The translations under genes were made by a program, and so were the position numbers. A DNA stretch of 64,000 nucleotides, from NCBI GenBank assembly GCA_965232815.1, contig OZ247427.1:98447-162446 (forward strand), in the 5' to 3' direction. Numbering within the stretch: the first letter of the stretch is position 1; each line of letters begins with the position of its first letter. This document shows positions 62,625 to 64,000 of the stretch, piece by piece. The DNA is from Dehalococcoidia bacterium (GTDB taxonomy: Bacteria > Chloroflexota > Dehalococcoidia > Lucifugimonadales > UBA3495). The notes under the pieces were generated by a model that had not been told where the DNA came from, did not search any database, and was given only the letters and a program-made list of their open reading frames with translations.

Positions 62625-63934
62625 CATCCGCCAATGGCAACCAACAGGACGGAATGGACATCGGTGGGGCTCAACCCGCCGACCTCAGCCTCCCCGGAGC
62701 CCTCGACGGCCTCCGCGTGCTCGAAATCAGCGACGAGAAGGGCCAGTTCTGCGGCAAGCTCATGGCCGACAACGGTGCCGACCTTATCAAGATCGAGCCG
62801 CCCGGCGGCGAAGCCTGTCGCAGCTTCGGCCCTTTCTTGGATGACGTACCCCACCGCGAGCGCAGCCTGTCCTTTTGGCACTACAACACCTCCAAGCGCG
62901 GCATCACGTTGAACTTGGAGACCCCTCAGGGTCAGGACATTTTCAAGCGTCTGGCCGCCTCCGCCGACATCGTGCTGGAGACCCGCAAGCCCGGCTATCT
63001 CGAATCCCTGGGCCTGGGCTACGAAACACTGGCCGCGGACAACCCCGGCCTCATCGTGTGCTCGCTAACACCCTACGGCCAGACCGGCCCGTGGCGCGAC
63101 TACGTCAGCAGCGACATCACCCAGATGGCCGGAGGCGGGCAGATGGCCTCCTCCGGTTACGACGACATCGACGTGCCCAACCCGCCCCCAATCGCCCCCG
63201 GCGGCGGCAACTCCTGGCACATCGGCGCCCACTACGCCTACATCGGCATCATGGCCGCCCTGTACTACCGCTTCCTCACCGGCGAAGGGCAGTACATCGA
63301 CGCGTCGGTCCACGAGGCCTGCGCCCTCACCACTGAAGGCGCAATCGCCATCTACCTGTCCACCGGCGACGTCGTGCAGCGACACACCGGACGCCACGCC
63401 GCGCCCGACATGTCCCCTGCCATCCAGTTCCCCACCGGCGACGGCGGTTGGCTCAACACCACCCGCTCCGGCACCAACCTCACTCCTGCGCGCCTCAAGT
63501 TGCTGGCCGATTGGTTCGACCAGTCCGGCATGGCCGAAGACCTCACCGAAGAGCGGTACCAGGACCCCGAGGTCATCGCATCCGAAAACGACCACATCGT
63601 CCAGGTGATGAAGAATTTCTTCATGAACTCCACGCTCATGGACTCTTTCCACGGCGGCCAGGAGCGCGACTTCCCCTGGGGAGCCATCCGCAGCATGGAC
63701 GAGATCATCGGCGACGACCACCTGCAGGACCGTGAGTTTTTCAAGGAAGTGGAGCACCCCGAACTCGGCCGCTCCTTCACCTACCCCGGCCCGGCGATGC
63801 TGTTCAACGGTTCGCCGTGGCGCATCAGCCGCCGCGCCCCGCTCATCGGCGAGCACAACTCCGAAATCCTCCAGGGCGAACTGGGCCTGACCAACTCCCA
63901 AATGCTCCTCTACGCCGAAGGCGGAATCATCTAA
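62621..63934 (+). CDS. family III CoA-transferase, tandem paralog
   Basis: ATG overlaps the upstream TGA (ATGA). LDGLRVLEISDEKGQFCGKLMADNGADLIKIEPPGG. The track ORF start at 62258 is a shadow extension. Confidence 0.85.
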   Translation: MTSANGNQQDGMDIGGAQPADLSLPGALDGLRVLEISDEKGQFCGKLMADNGADLIKIEPPGGEACRSFGPFLDDVPHRERSLSFWHYNTSKRGITLNLETPQGQDIFKRLAASADIVLETRKPGYLESLGLGYETLAADNPGLIVCSLTPYGQTGPWRDYVSSDITQMAGGGQMASSGYDDIDVPNPPPIAPGGGNSWHIGAHYAYIGIMAALYYRFLTGEGQYIDASVHEACALTTEGAIAIYLSTGDVVQRHTGRHAAPDMSPAIQFPTGDGGWLNTTRSGTNLTPARLKLLADWFDQSGMAEDLTEERYQDPEVIASENDHIVQVMKNFFMNSTLMDSFHGGQERDFPWGAIRSMDEIIGDDHLQDREFFKEVEHPELGRSFTYPGPAMLFNGSPWRISRRAPLIGEHNSEILQGELGLTNSQMLLYAEGGII

Positions 63935-63938
63935 AACC

Positions 63939-63982
63939 AATGTGTGGGTGTGGCGCCGAGCTCGGTGCCACACCCACACATT
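63939..63982 (+). terminator. 44-nt near-perfect palindrome after the CoA-transferase operon
   Basis: AATGTGTGGGTGTGGC..GCCACACCCACACATT with an internally pairing centre, starting 5 nt after the stop. Confidence 0.6.
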
Positions 63983-64000
63983 CTTCCCAGGCGTCTGGAC

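Noticed and set aside
1-64000. CRISPR arrays, transposases/integrases, prophage or defence-island signatures.
   Set aside because: There are no regularly spaced direct repeats; the hairpins are dispersed single copies at gene ends. There are no recombinase, Cas, restriction-modification, nuclease-NTPase or abortive-infection-type ORFs in any frame that I can recognise.

Overview
GC-rich (roughly 60% G+C by eye), densely coding 64-kb chromosomal segment with about 57 supportable protein genes. I see no rRNA, tRNA, CRISPR array, transposase or integrase.

Content:
1. A paralog-rich set of catabolic and redox enzymes: two tandem ACMSD-type amidohydrolases, two LLM/luciferase-like oxidoreductases, two GMC oxidoreductases, two tandem family-III CoA-transferases, an SDR, a lactonase, a TPP enzyme, a VOC protein, an isochorismatase-like hydrolase, and alpha/beta and serine hydrolases.
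2. A DNA-repair trio: PHP phosphoesterase, exonuclease-DinG helicase and an OGG1-type glycosylase.
3. A Fur-family (Zur-like) regulator next to a zinc-type ABC locus. Its binding protein carries a large inserted module, and no ATPase gene is present.
4. A peptide-type ABC importer, also without ATPase genes.
5. A complete caa3-type cytochrome c oxidase locus with heme O and heme A synthases.
6. A 1236-aa membrane-anchored surface protein with an HExxH site, FN3-like domains and an internal 732-bp tandem duplication.
7. Conserved-unknown modules: NHL/DUF1501/DUF1800/DUF4177, DUF4160/DUF2442, DUF3179 and DUF952.
8. Dispersed GC-rich hairpin (REP-like) elements at gene ends.

Lipoproteins with long Ala/Pro/Ser/Gln tethers, strong GGAGG ribosome-binding sites and the enzyme-family expansions suggest a monoderm Chloroflexota-like (SAR202-like) marine heterotroph. 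That is inference only.

All family calls come from motif recognition by eye on the supplied translations. No searches or computations were run.

Most noteworthy, in order:
- the ZnuA-like protein with a propeller-like module spliced into its His-rich loop, together with the ZnuB-DUF3179 operon;
- the signal-less DUF1800/DUF1501/NHL block;
- the giant surface protein with a 111-nt island of perfect identity between its diverged repeats;
- an orphan minus-strand terminator next to a G-depleted 240-bp tract.

I found no unambiguous new multi-gene system such as a defence island.
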